Shown here in pieces: positions 18,613 through 28,009 of a stretch of 64,000 bases of DNA. The DNA comes from an uncultured SAR86 cluster bacterium (GTDB taxonomy: Bacteria > Pseudomonadota > Gammaproteobacteria > Magnimaribacterales > D2472). The number at the start of each line of letters is the position of its first letter. Position 1 is the first letter of the stretch. A model generated the notes under the pieces. That model worked only from the letters and a program-made list of their open reading frames with translations. It had not been told where the DNA came from and made no database searches. The position numbers and the translations under genes were made by a program. The DNA is taken from the NCBI GenBank assembly GCA_902560315.1, contig CACELG010000005.1, positions 2,652 through 66,651 on the forward strand, read 5' to 3'.

Positions 18613-19624
18613 AATTTTCTATTATAGTCTTTATGGGTTTTGGAAGACCAAATTTATCAATTTGATTTTTATTTACCCATCTATGCTCTAAATTTGTTTC
18701 AATTTTAAATGGAGTTTTATAGTCAAAGATTTCGATAGTAATATCAAGATCCATATGAGATAAAGCATGATTAAAATTTTTAGTTTCACTTTTTAACGGC
18801 TCTTTAAAAAAATTTGATTTTTTCTGATCTTGATTGTCATACGGAACCCAAAGGCTTTCCCAAAAAGTTTTTTCATTTTTTTTGAACAACAAAAAAGATT
18901 CGTTTGAATGAGCCAAAGTAAAGAAGATTTTTTTCTTTGATTTATCTTTTTTACTTATATTATTAAGCTCGAAAGTTTTAAATGCGCCTTGGCAAGAATT
19001 TACAAGAGGGCATTCTTCGCAATCTGGATTTCTTGCTATGCATTTTGTTGCACCTAAATCCATTATTCCTTGAGTGTATTCAAAAATTTTTTCTTCAGGA
19101 GTTAGGACTTCAGATAAAAACCAAAGGTTTTTAGTACTATTTTTTTTCTTTAAGTTAACATTTTTATATCTAGAAATTACTCTTTTTACATTGGCATCCA
19201 AAATAGGATATGGTTTTCTTAATGCAATTGACATAATAGCTCCTGCAGTTGATCGGCCTATGCCAGGTAGCATAAGTAATTCATTAAATTCTTTAGGAAA
19301 TCTATTGCCATACTCTCTTTTTATTATTTCTTTTGTTTTATAAATATTTTTTGCTCTTCTGTAGAAACCCAATCCTGTCCACATAGCCAGAATGTCATCT
19401 TCTGAAGCCGAAGCAATTGACTTTAAATTAGGATACTTTTGAATGAATTTCTTAAAAAAGGGTATAACAGTCTTTACCTGAGTTTGTTGTAACATTATTT
19501 CAGAAATCCAAACCCTATATGGTGATATTTTTTTTCTCCAAGGAAGATCATCTCTGCCATTAATGAGATACCACTCAATTATTTTCTGAGAAAAGTTTTT
19601 GTTAATATGATCTAAATTATTCAA
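18605..19624 (-). CDS. mutY: Adenine DNA glycosylase
   Basis: 339 aa. It has an HhH-GPD region (LPGIGRSTAGAI) and a 4Fe-4S cluster loop (CIARNPDCEECPLVNSC). Confidence 0.9.
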   Translation of the reverse strand: MNNLDHINKNFSQKIIEWYLINGRDDLPWRKKISPYRVWISEIMLQQTQVKTVIPFFKKFIQKYPNLKSIASASEDDILAMWTGLGFYRRAKNIYKTKEIIKREYGNRFPKEFNELLMLPGIGRSTAGAIMSIALRKPYPILDANVKRVISRYKNVNLKKKNSTKNLWFLSEVLTPEEKIFEYTQGIMDLGATKCIARNPDCEECPLVNSCQGAFKTFELNNISKKDKSKKKIFFTLAHSNESFLLFKKNEKTFWESLWVPYDNQDQKKSNFFKEPLKSETKNFNHALSHMDLDITIEIFDYKTPFKIETNLEHRWVNKNQIDKFGLPKPIKTIIENYV

Positions 19625-20240
19625 TTAAGTTTTTTTTACTAATTACGCAACCATCTTTATCAAATAGATAATGAATAGGCGCACCAGTTGGGATTTCTAA
19701 TTTAACTATATCTTCGTCAGAAATAGTATCCAAATGCTTTATTAATGATCTTAAAGAATTTCCATGCGCGGCAATAATAATATTCTTATCTAAATTAATT
19801 AATGGATGTATTTGATTTAGATAATATGGAAGAACTCTTTCTCCAGTCTCCTTTAATGATTCTCCTCCAGGAGGACCTCCATCATATGATCTTCTCCATA
19901 TTTGAACCTGTTCTTCTCCCCATTTTTCCCTACATTCATCTTTATTCAAACCTTGAAGATCTCCATAAAATCTTTCATTTAAAGCCTTATCTTTAATGAC
20001 CTCAATTTTTGTCTGATTTATGGTTTCTAAGATTATTGAGCCTGTTAATTGAGCTCTAATTAATGCTGAAGTAAACATGCAGTGAAATTCAATATCTAAT
20101 TCATCAATTAATATTCCAGCATTCTTTGCTTCATCTAGGCCTTTTTTAGTTAGGCCTGGATTTTCCCAGCCTGTAAATAGATTTTTTTCATTCCACTCAC
20201 TTTGACCATGCCGAACAAGTATAAGATTTCTTTCTTTCAT
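19617..20240 (-). CDS. gpmA: 2,3-bisphosphoglycerate-dependent phosphoglycerate mutase (short form)
   Basis: 207 aa. Contains LVRHGQSEWN (catalytic His) and AAHGNSLR motifs. Confidence 0.85.
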   Translation of the reverse strand: MKERNLILVRHGQSEWNEKNLFTGWENPGLTKKGLDEAKNAGILIDELDIEFHCMFTSALIRAQLTGSIILETINQTKIEVIKDKALNERFYGDLQGLNKDECREKWGEEQVQIWRRSYDGGPPGGESLKETGERVLPYYLNQIHPLINLDKNIIIAAHGNSLRSLIKHLDTISDEDIVKLEIPTGAPIHYLFDKDGCVISKKNLIE

Positions 20241-20285
20241 TTATTTTTTTTATTATTCTTATCCATTTTAATAGATAATGTATCA

Positions 20286-20690
20286 ATGGAACTAGTTAAT
20301 TTTTTAATAGAGCATTACTATTTATCTCTTCCACTAATAATAGCAGTTGTTCTTTTTTTAATTTCTAATGCGAATAAGGGCGGTAAGAAAATATCTCCAC
20401 AAACTTTAATAAGTCTATCTAACTCTGATAGCGCATTAATAATTGATCTAAGAGATTCTGAATCTTTTAGCGCAGGACATATAACTGCCTCTAAAAATAT
20501 TCCTTTAAACGAAATATCAAGAAGGTCTAATGAGATTATTAGTTCAGAAAAATCAATTGTACTAGTCTGTGAAATGGGAAGCTCCTCTCCAAATGCAGGA
20601 GAAATACTAAAGAAGGAAGGACATAATAATATTCTTATCTTAAAAGGTGGAATTAATCAGTGGAAAATAGATAATCTCCCGTTGGTTTAA
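20286..20690 (+). CDS. Membrane-anchored rhodanese-domain protein
   Basis: Track ORF trimmed to Met29. It has one TM followed by a rhodanese fold with an active-site loop (VLVCEMGSSS). Confidence 0.75.
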   Translation: MELVNFLIEHYYLSLPLIIAVVLFLISNANKGGKKISPQTLISLSNSDSALIIDLRDSESFSAGHITASKNIPLNEISRRSNEIISSEKSIVLVCEMGSSSPNAGEILKKEGHNNILILKGGINQWKIDNLPLV

Positions 20691-22063
20691 ATTCCATGCT
20701 CTTTCATTTTTTTAGAAAGAGTATTTCTTCCCCAACCAAGGATCTGAGCTGCATCATTTTTCTTACCATTAGATCTTTCTAACGCAGTTTTAATAAGCAT
20801 CTTTTCTATTTTAGTTATTGCTATTTCTGAAAGGCCAGAGTCAATATTCATTGATACATTTTTAAGCCAATTTTGCATACCATCTTCCCATGAGGTTGAG
20901 GGAATATCAGTCAATTCAAATTCTTTTACTTCTGTAGGGAGGTCTTGAGCTTTTACACTTTGAGATGGAGACATCAGCGTCAACCAGTAGCATACATTCT
21001 CTAGTTGTCTTACATTTCCAGGCCAATCATATTTATTCATTAAATTCATTGCCTCATCCGAAATAACTCTCAACTCTTCATCTAAAGAATCCGAATAATT
21101 TTTTAGGAAATATTTTGAAAGATCAAAAATATCTTCCTTTCTTTCACGAAGGGGTGGAACTTCAATTTTTATTACATTTAATCTATAAAACAAATCTTCT
21201 CTGAAACTTTTTTGAGAAACTAGGTTGTTGAGATTCTGATGTGTAGCAGCAATTATTCTTACGTCTACTTTTATAGGTTTATCTCCTCCTACTCTATAGA
21301 ATTCTTTATTAGATAAAACTCTTAAAAGTCTTGTCTGTGAATCAAGAGGCATATCTCCTATTTCATCTAGAAATAATGTACCTCCATTAGCTTGCTCAAA
21401 TCTTCCAATTCTTTTATCTACTGCACCAGTAAAGGAACCTTTTTCGTGTCCAAATAATTCTGATTCAACTAATTCTTTTGGTATATCTGCCATATTTAAA
21501 GCAATGAAAGGCATATCATGTCTCGGACTGTTCTTATGAAGTGATTTAGCAATCAGTTCTTTACCAGTTCCAGACTCTCCTTGAATTAATACTGTTGCAA
21601 TTGTGCTAGATAGTTTACCTATTGATCTATATACATTTTGCATGGCATTAGATTCTCCAATAATGTCTAACTTGGTATCTTGTTTTAAACCTTTTGTTTT
21701 AGGCTTTTCTTCAAGTGCTCTTTCAATAATTTCAGTGGCTTCTTCAAGATCAAATGGCTTAGGTAAATATTCAAAAGCGCCTCCGCCAAAAGAGTCTACA
21801 GCTGCTTGCATATCTGCAAAGGCAGTCATGATTATTACAGGGATGCTATCAAAATTATTATTGATATGTTTTAGCAGATCATAGCCGAGCATACCTGGCA
21901 TCTGGACATCAGTAATAATTAGATCAGGTTGGGCGTCTTCTAATTTTTTAATTAAATCCTCTCCACATGAGAAGCTTTCTGTTTTGAATCCTGAATCTTT
22001 TAAGCTTTCTTCAAGAACAAGCCTAATCGCTTCGTCGTCATCTGCAATCCAAATTTTATGCAA
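20687..22063 (-). CDS. glnG: Nitrogen regulation response regulator NtrC (sigma-54 activator)
   Basis: 458 aa. It has a receiver domain (DDDEAIR...TDVQMPG), an AAA+ domain (GESGTGKE, GSFTGA, ESELFGHEKG) and a C-terminal HTH. Confidence 0.9.
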   Translation of the reverse strand: MHKIWIADDDEAIRLVLEESLKDSGFKTESFSCGEDLIKKLEDAQPDLIITDVQMPGMLGYDLLKHINNNFDSIPVIIMTAFADMQAAVDSFGGGAFEYLPKPFDLEEATEIIERALEEKPKTKGLKQDTKLDIIGESNAMQNVYRSIGKLSSTIATVLIQGESGTGKELIAKSLHKNSPRHDMPFIALNMADIPKELVESELFGHEKGSFTGAVDKRIGRFEQANGGTLFLDEIGDMPLDSQTRLLRVLSNKEFYRVGGDKPIKVDVRIIAATHQNLNNLVSQKSFREDLFYRLNVIKIEVPPLRERKEDIFDLSKYFLKNYSDSLDEELRVISDEAMNLMNKYDWPGNVRQLENVCYWLTLMSPSQSVKAQDLPTEVKEFELTDIPSTSWEDGMQNWLKNVSMNIDSGLSEIAITKIEKMLIKTALERSNGKKNDAAQILGWGRNTLSKKMKEHGI

Positions 22064-23138
22064 TTTTAGCTTCCTTTTCCTCTACTTTTATTGGAATTTG
22101 AATAGAGAAGATTGTCTCCCCTGGATTTGATGAAAAAACAATTCCTCCACCATGAATTCTTATTATGTCCTGTGCAATAGTAAGACCCAAACCAGAGCCA
22201 TTCTCTTTTACAGATACCATTGGAAAGAATACTTGGTCGTGGATATCACCGGGTATACCTGGACCGTTATCTTTTATATCAATACAGCATACTGTTTGAT
22301 GAATTAAACCATTTATTGGTTTTCCATATTTAATTCGTGATTTTATAGTTATAGATGCGTCTTCTGTATTTTCAATTGCTTGCTGAGCATTTTTTACAAT
22401 GTTTAGAATAGCTTGAATAAATAAGTTTTCATCACCATTGATTTCAGGAATGCTTGGATCATAGTCTCTTGTTAGTAAAATATTGTCATTCTTATCTGCT
22501 TCTGCAAGTGCATAGACTTGTTCTAGAGCAGAATGAATATTAAATAAACTTAGATTAGGTTTAGACGGTGGAGTAAGAATCTTAGTTACAATAGAATTTA
22601 GTCTATCTGTCTCATCAATAATTATTTTCAAAAATTTTGAAGAGAAATCATCTTTTAATTTCTTGTTAAGAATTTGAGCACTTCCTTTAATTCCTGAAAG
22701 AGGGTTTTTTACTTCATGTGCCAATGTTCTTGCAAGATTTGCAGCTATTTTTTGGGTAGAAAATGTTTTAGTAGAATCAATAATTTTATTTAGATTATCG
22801 ACACATAATATTTCTACTATCAAACATTTGTACGTATTACTCCATCTAACAGTTATGTCAATTTCTCTCTTTTTTTGTTGTGATGTAACTAATTCAAAAT
22901 CTCTTTTAGTTTGAGATCCAGTATTTTCTATCGTTTTCTTTAAAAGACTTATTAAAGATAAATTAGTTTCATCAGACAGTTGGTCAGAGATTAGATTTTT
23001 ATTAAAATTTGAATGCATGACCCAATCTTTATTTAATGCAGAATCATTCAGCCAAATGATATATAAATCTTTATTCAGAATTATAATTTCTGATGTCAGT
23101 TGATTTAAAAAATTTAGCTCTTTTATATCTAACTTCAT
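22056..23138 (-). CDS. glnL: Nitrogen regulation sensor histidine kinase NtrB
   Basis: 360 aa. It has a PAS-like N-terminus, an H-box (LAHEVKNPLSGIKG) and N/G boxes (NAQQA, DNGPGI, GSGLGL). It overlaps ntrC by 8 nt. Confidence 0.88.
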   Translation of the reverse strand: MKLDIKELNFLNQLTSEIIILNKDLYIIWLNDSALNKDWVMHSNFNKNLISDQLSDETNLSLISLLKKTIENTGSQTKRDFELVTSQQKKREIDITVRWSNTYKCLIVEILCVDNLNKIIDSTKTFSTQKIAANLARTLAHEVKNPLSGIKGSAQILNKKLKDDFSSKFLKIIIDETDRLNSIVTKILTPPSKPNLSLFNIHSALEQVYALAEADKNDNILLTRDYDPSIPEINGDENLFIQAILNIVKNAQQAIENTEDASITIKSRIKYGKPINGLIHQTVCCIDIKDNGPGIPGDIHDQVFFPMVSVKENGSGLGLTIAQDIIRIHGGGIVFSSNPGETIFSIQIPIKVEEKEAKIA

Positions 23139-23145
23139 ATTAGTG

Positions 23146-23176
23146 TTAATCTGCCCCTATGAATGAGGCAGATTAA
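23146..23176 (-). promoter_or_regulatory. 10-bp perfect stem-loop between glnII and ntrB (possible partial terminator or processing site)
   Basis: TTAATCTGCC, then an 11-nt loop, then GGCAGATTAA. There is no U-tract on either strand, so it is not a canonical intrinsic terminator. Confidence 0.5.
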
Positions 23177-23187
23177 ATAAATCAGAA

Positions 23188-24159
23188 TTATTTAGAAAGA
23201 GTTCCTACTATATGAGCCAAAATTTTATAAGGATCTGCATTTGAAGCGGGTCTTCTGTCTTCAAGGTATCCATTCCAATCATGCTCTACAGTGTAGACAG
23301 GTATTCTTATGCTAGCACCTCTGTCACTAACACCATAAGAGAACTTATCAATGCTTTGAGTTTCATGAAGCCCTGTAAGACGCATATCATTATCTGAACC
23401 ATATGAAGCTATACCTTCTTCATGAACTTCACCAAGCTTGTCACACATAGAAGTAAATAACTCTTCAGAGCCTGCAGTTCTCATTGCTTCATTTGAAAAG
23501 TTACAGTGCATACCAGAGCCGTTCCAGTCACCTGTTTTTGGTTTTGGGTGGATATTTACACCAACGCCAAATTCTTCAGCAATTTTATAAAGTAAGTATC
23601 GACTTACCCATAGATCATCTGCTGCCTTAATGCCTTTACCAAAACACTGGTACTCCCATTGGCCAAGAGCTACTTCAGCATTGGTTCCGGTTAGAGTTAT
23701 TCCCATATCAAGACATGCTTGAAGATGTGTATCAGAAATTTCTCTTCCAACAACATTTCCTGCACCAACTCCACAATAATATTCTCCTTGCTCTCTTGGC
23801 TCACCATCTTCCCATCCAAGAGGTTCACCTGTCTGAGGATCAGTAAAAAAGTACTCTTGTTCAAAACCAAACCACCACTCATCTGTAACCACTTCTGCAG
23901 CAGCTGCTCTAAAGTTAGATGGATGAGTTGTATGATCAGCGGCTTGAACTTGCGTCATGACAATGTCATGTCCATCAGGATTAGAATATGTCTGAACGGG
24001 TAATAGTAAACAATCTGAGCTTCCGCCTTCTGCTTGTTGAGTAGATGAACCATCAAAAGACCAGTCAGGCGGTGTTTCATCTTCAGTAGCCTTAACTTTA
24101 CTTCTCATCATTGGTTCTGGCTGATAACCATCAAGCCAAATATATTCGTATGTTTTCAT
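23188..24159 (-). CDS. glnII: Glutamine synthetase type II (eukaryote-like GSII)
   Basis: 323 aa. Contains EYIWLDG, WSFDGSSTQQAEGGSSDC, NAEVALGQWEYQ, GDWNGSGMHCNFS, RLTGLHET, DRGASIRIP and EDRRPASNADPY, all GSII signatures. Confidence 0.9.
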   Translation of the reverse strand: MKTYEYIWLDGYQPEPMMRSKVKATEDETPPDWSFDGSSTQQAEGGSSDCLLLPVQTYSNPDGHDIVMTQVQAADHTTHPSNFRAAAAEVVTDEWWFGFEQEYFFTDPQTGEPLGWEDGEPREQGEYYCGVGAGNVVGREISDTHLQACLDMGITLTGTNAEVALGQWEYQCFGKGIKAADDLWVSRYLLYKIAEEFGVGVNIHPKPKTGDWNGSGMHCNFSNEAMRTAGSEELFTSMCDKLGEVHEEGIASYGSDNDMRLTGLHETQSIDKFSYGVSDRGASIRIPVYTVEHDWNGYLEDRRPASNADPYKILAHIVGTLSK

Positions 24160-24236
24160 TAATTTCTCCTAAAATTTAAATTTTGATTTAACATTTGTTT
24201 TTAAATATTATAAATGCACAAATATTGATATTATTA

Positions 24237-24253
24237 TGCATTATTTTTGTGCA
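24237..24253. promoter_or_regulatory. Candidate NtrC-type operator upstream of glnII
   Basis: TGCATTATTTTTGTGCA fits the 17-bp TGCACC-N5-GGTGCA pattern at 9 of 12 specified positions. A second TGCACA lies at 24215-24220, and TGCACAAA/TTTGTGCA form an 8-bp inverted repeat. Confidence 0.35.
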
Positions 24254-24288
24254 AAATAAAGTTTTTTGTTCAATTTTAGCTCAATTTA

Positions 24289-24861
24289 TTAAATATCTAA
24301 GAATTTAACAATTTTTTCTAACTTTTGAGTAATGGACTCATATGTATGACTTCCACCATAGGTTATATCTATATTTGAGCCTTTGAAGTATTTAGCAGTT
24401 TCGATGTAATTCAAAACTTCATCCCCAGATTCTAATAAGACTAGGGTATTTTTTTGATTATTAAATTTTTTAACCACAAGAGATCTTAAAAATTTTATAT
24501 CTTCCTTAGTAACATTAAATTTTTCACCTGTGGAATAATTTTCATTTTCACCAAGATATTCCTCAAAACCTTTTAATGGAGGAATTGCAGGATTTATTAA
24601 GATTGCTTTTGAGTTATTAATATTTGCAAAAAAATCTGCATAGTAGCCTCCAAGAGAACTACCCATAAATACAAAATCTTTCTCACTTTTTTTTAAGAGC
24701 TTGTTTATTTGATTACTTGCTTCTTTAAAATTATTACTAAGATCTGGTATAAATATTTTTATTTTTTTAGAAATTTTAGATATATGATTTTTAATAATTT
24801 TTGCTTTGTCAGAATCTGAGGATGAGGCGAAGCCATGAAAATAAAGAATTGTTCTTACCAT
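24289..24861 (-). CDS. yqiA: Esterase YqiA (alpha/beta hydrolase)
   Basis: 190 aa. Contains ILYFHGFASS and GSSLGGYYA motifs. Confidence 0.85.
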   Translation of the reverse strand: MVRTILYFHGFASSSDSDKAKIIKNHISKISKKIKIFIPDLSNNFKEASNQINKLLKKSEKDFVFMGSSLGGYYADFFANINNSKAILINPAIPPLKGFEEYLGENENYSTGEKFNVTKEDIKFLRSLVVKKFNNQKNTLVLLESGDEVLNYIETAKYFKGSNIDITYGGSHTYESITQKLEKIVKFLDI

Positions 24862-25283
24862 CAGATTTTTACTTGAGGATTGATACCATTAGCAAATATA
24901 CTCTCCAGCCATTCTGTTAAAAATCTATTTTGTTGAATTTTTTCATCTCTTGACTGTGTCTTAAGTGCCTTCATAAAATAAGGAACTGCTCTTTCACCCT
25001 GAAAAGATATCACTTCCGCTAATTTGGCGTCTAAAGAAATTTGTATTCTGATAACAAGACTTTCTATTTTTTTTAATTTAATCTTCTGCTTAGCTTCAAC
25101 GATTAATGTGTGTTGAGTTCTTTGCAACACACAAAAGTTTATTGGATTGGAGGAAGAGTCTGGATTAATTGTCTCAAATGAATATTTATTTTTAGAAAAC
25201 CCTTGAAGTATTTTTTTTAATCTCAAAAAGTTAGCCTCGCAAACAGCAAGTTGATGGCTTGTTTTTGGTAAAGATTTAATCAT
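24861..25283 (-). CDS. yqiB: DUF1249 protein (YqiB-like)
   Basis: 140 aa, the same length as E. coli YqiB and in the same neighbourhood. The call rests on synteny and size. Confidence 0.6.
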   Translation of the reverse strand: MIKSLPKTSHQLAVCEANFLRLKKILQGFSKNKYSFETINPDSSSNPINFCVLQRTQHTLIVEAKQKIKLKKIESLVIRIQISLDAKLAEVISFQGERAVPYFMKALKTQSRDEKIQQNRFLTEWLESIFANGINPQVKI

Positions 25284-25285
25284 CT

Positions 25286-26422
25286 TTAAATTTTATATTC
25301 TTTATTAAAAGGTGTATATCTTTCACATGCCTTCAAATATCTTTTAATTTCAACTTGTTCTTTTTCACAAAATTCAACTATAGCACTTCTGAAGTCATTC
25401 TCTTTAATATAGTGAAATGAGCTAGTTCTTTTTGGTTCAAATCCCCTTCTTATTTTATGTTCACCCTGAACACCAGGATCAAAGTACTTAATTTTCTTCT
25501 TAATACAGAATTCTATACCTTGATAAAAACAAGTTTCAAAATGAAGTGAGTCAATGTTGAAGGAAGATCCCCAATGCCTTCCATAGAGGGTTTCATTGCC
25601 TATGAAGCATAATGATCCAGCTATCTTTTTCTTATTATGCATTGCAAAAAAAATAACAGGCTTCAAGGTTTTTCTAAATTTATGTATTTCTTTAAAGAAA
25701 TCTATATTTAGATAGGGCCTTTGCAATCTCTCCTCATAAGTATTTTTGTAAAATTTAAAAAACACATCCCAGTCTTTAATTGTTAAAGAATCATTTTCTT
25801 TTACCTGGAAAGTGATATTTAAGTCAGATATTTTTTTTCTTTCATTTTTAATATTTTTTCTTTGTCTTGATTTAAAAATATTAAGATAGTCTTCAAATTT
25901 TTCATAACCCTTATTTTCCCATATAAATTTATATCCGAAACGTTCTATTAATCTGTTTTTAAGTAATAACTCTTTTAAATTTGAATCTGGATAGAGGATA
26001 TGCCAAGTTTCAATATTTTTCTCTTCCATAAACTCAATAACTTTCTCAACATATTCATTAGAATCAGATTCAGTAATAATTTTTCTTGTCTCACATGGAG
26101 TAAAGGGTATGGCAGTAAGTAATTTAGGATAATAATTTCTTCCAGCTCTGTTTAATGCGTATGACCATGAATGATCAAAAACAAACTCTCCATGACTATT
26201 ATTTTTTATATATATAGGCAAAAAACCATTCAAAACATTTTTATTTGATTTCACTAGATGTTTGGGAGTCCAGCCTAAATCTCTTCCCACACATCCCGAA
26301 TTTTCAAGCGCCTTTAAAAAAGAATATTGAATAAAGGGAGCATCATTCTTAAGCATTAATTTATTAAATTGAGACTCATCTATTGAATCAAAATTATCAA
26401 TAAAATTAAAATTAGTGCTCAT
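25286..26422 (-). CDS. DUF482 / GNAT-like (FemAB-related) acyltransferase-fold protein
   Basis: 378 aa. Contains PFIQYSFLKALENSGCV, GEFVFDHSW, YYPKL...PFTP and LYGRHWG motifs. Confidence 0.65.
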   Translation of the reverse strand: MSTNFNFIDNFDSIDESQFNKLMLKNDAPFIQYSFLKALENSGCVGRDLGWTPKHLVKSNKNVLNGFLPIYIKNNSHGEFVFDHSWSYALNRAGRNYYPKLLTAIPFTPCETRKIITESDSNEYVEKVIEFMEEKNIETWHILYPDSNLKELLLKNRLIERFGYKFIWENKGYEKFEDYLNIFKSRQRKNIKNERKKISDLNITFQVKENDSLTIKDWDVFFKFYKNTYEERLQRPYLNIDFFKEIHKFRKTLKPVIFFAMHNKKKIAGSLCFIGNETLYGRHWGSSFNIDSLHFETCFYQGIEFCIKKKIKYFDPGVQGEHKIRRGFEPKRTSSFHYIKENDFRSAIVEFCEKEQVEIKRYLKACERYTPFNKEYKI

Positions 26423-27277
26423 CTAACTTAAGTAAATAATTTCAAATGTGAAACTAACAAGGGCCACAATGCCAATCCAATTGTTAATTCTAAATGCTTC
26501 GACATATTTCTTTTCTTTAATAATTTTTGACTGATGAATAAAAAGATATATCAGCACGAAAAAAAATATATAAAAGAGGTATGAAAAACTATTTATAAAT
26601 CCTATCGCTAAAAGACATACATAAAAAAATAGATGAAGTGTTTTCGAATATATTATTGAATTATCGCCCCATAAAATTGCTGTAGAATTTACTCCTATCT
26701 TTTCGTCATCATTTTTATCTTCCAAAGCATAATAAGTATCGAAGCTAATTATCCAAGCGATTATTCCAGAATATAAAATTGCGAGAGACATTGAGAAGAT
26801 ATTTGACTCAAGTGAATACGCAATAATTGAACCAGATCCAAATGTAATTCCAAGAATGAACTGAGGAGCAACAAAGAATCTTTTTGTAAGTGGATATAAG
26901 ATTATTAAAAAAGCAAAAAATATAGAAATCTTTATAGTTAGAGAATTTGTTTGAAGCAGGAGTAAAAGAGAAAAAATGCTTAAGACTATGAAAAATAACC
27001 ATGCTTCAATTAAAGAAATTGAACCCAATGCAAGAGGCCTGTTTAATGTTCTTTCAACAAGCTTATCTATTTTATAATCGCTAATATCATTAATAACACA
27101 GCCACAGGATCTAACTAAGATAGAGCCTATTACAACTATTAAAAAGTTTCTAAACTGAAGTTCAGAATTTGTTCCTGCTAATACATATCCCAATAAAGAT
27201 GGCCATAGAAGGAGATATATTCCTATAGGCTTATCTAGTCTTGCAAGTTCTATAAAAGAGCGAATTTTAGTTCTCAT
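26423..27277 (-). CDS. ubiA: 4-hydroxybenzoate polyprenyltransferase
   Basis: 284 aa, polytopic. It has the UbiA motif NDISDYKIDKLVERT and overlaps ubiC (ATGA). Confidence 0.9.
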   Translation of the reverse strand: MRTKIRSFIELARLDKPIGIYLLLWPSLLGYVLAGTNSELQFRNFLIVVIGSILVRSCGCVINDISDYKIDKLVERTLNRPLALGSISLIEAWLFFIVLSIFSLLLLLQTNSLTIKISIFFAFLIILYPLTKRFFVAPQFILGITFGSGSIIAYSLESNIFSMSLAILYSGIIAWIISFDTYYALEDKNDDEKIGVNSTAILWGDNSIIYSKTLHLFFYVCLLAIGFINSFSYLFYIFFFVLIYLFIHQSKIIKEKKYVEAFRINNWIGIVALVSFTFEIIYLS

Positions 27278-27765
27278 TCATCTATTAAAAAAATTTCCAT
27301 GACTGAAAAGGGAAGATTTTTAACTAAGTACTTTGTTTTTCTTCCCCAAAATATATTAACTTCATCTGAGAAAGTAGAATATATAGTATCAGTCTTATTA
27401 AATATATCTTTTTCAAATAGAATGTCTCCAAGGGGGTTGGTTCCAAGACTTCCTAATTTTGAAAATCCCTTTTCAATTGTATCAACTGGTATCAATGATT
27501 TAGCGTAAACTTTAGGAATTTTGTTACCTAACAGGATAACCTCTCTTACTTTAATATCTCCAACATCATTACCTAAATATTTTTTATCCATTTCATCAAC
27601 TTTATCAATTTCATCACGTATTAAATTTAATTCGAAATCTTCATTTGCTGAAATCCTTTTTGTGATTGGACCATTTTCGATCAGCCAAGACTTTATCGAG
27701 TTATTTGTGACTTGATCCAACATTTCTCTATATGTTATCCAAGAAGATTTTTGCTTTAGCTTCAT
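27274..27765 (-). CDS. ubiC: Chorismate pyruvate-lyase
   Basis: 163 aa. It lies directly upstream of and coupled to ubiA, with a WL.E.G..TKR-like N-terminus. Confidence 0.75.
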   Translation of the reverse strand: MKLKQKSSWITYREMLDQVTNNSIKSWLIENGPITKRISANEDFELNLIRDEIDKVDEMDKKYLGNDVGDIKVREVILLGNKIPKVYAKSLIPVDTIEKGFSKLGSLGTNPLGDILFEKDIFNKTDTIYSTFSDEVNIFWGRKTKYLVKNLPFSVMEIFLIDE

Positions 27766-27835
27766 TAATTTAATGGTTAAATCTGATATTATAGCCTCCT
27801 TGTTATAAACGAAATAACTTAATTTTTAGCACTTT

Positions 27836-28009
27836 ATGAAATATAAAAAATGGGAATGTATTGTCTGCGGGCTAATATATGATGAAGAATTAGGTTGGCC
27901 TGATGATGGAATTGAACCTGGAACTGCATGGGAGGATGTTCCTGAAGATTGGTTATGTCCTGAGTGTGGTGTCGGAAAAGAAGATTTTGATATGATAGAG
28001 ATAACATGA
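27836..28009 (+). CDS. rubA: Rubredoxin
   Basis: 57-aa ORF absent from the track: [57 protein letters not shown]. It has two CxxCG knuckles plus the conserved W/DVPEDW core. Confidence 0.92.
   Translation: MKYKKWECIVCGLIYDEELGWPDDGIEPGTAWEDVPEDWLCPECGVGKEDFDMIEIT

Noticed and set aside
24160-24288. Sigma-54 (-24/-12) promoter upstream of glnII.
   Set aside because: Reading both strands I found no TGGCAC-N5-TTGCA-like element. The closest, TTGCACAAAAATAATGCA on the minus strand, has the GC dinucleotide displaced by 2 nt. Only NtrC-like palindromes are reported, at low confidence.
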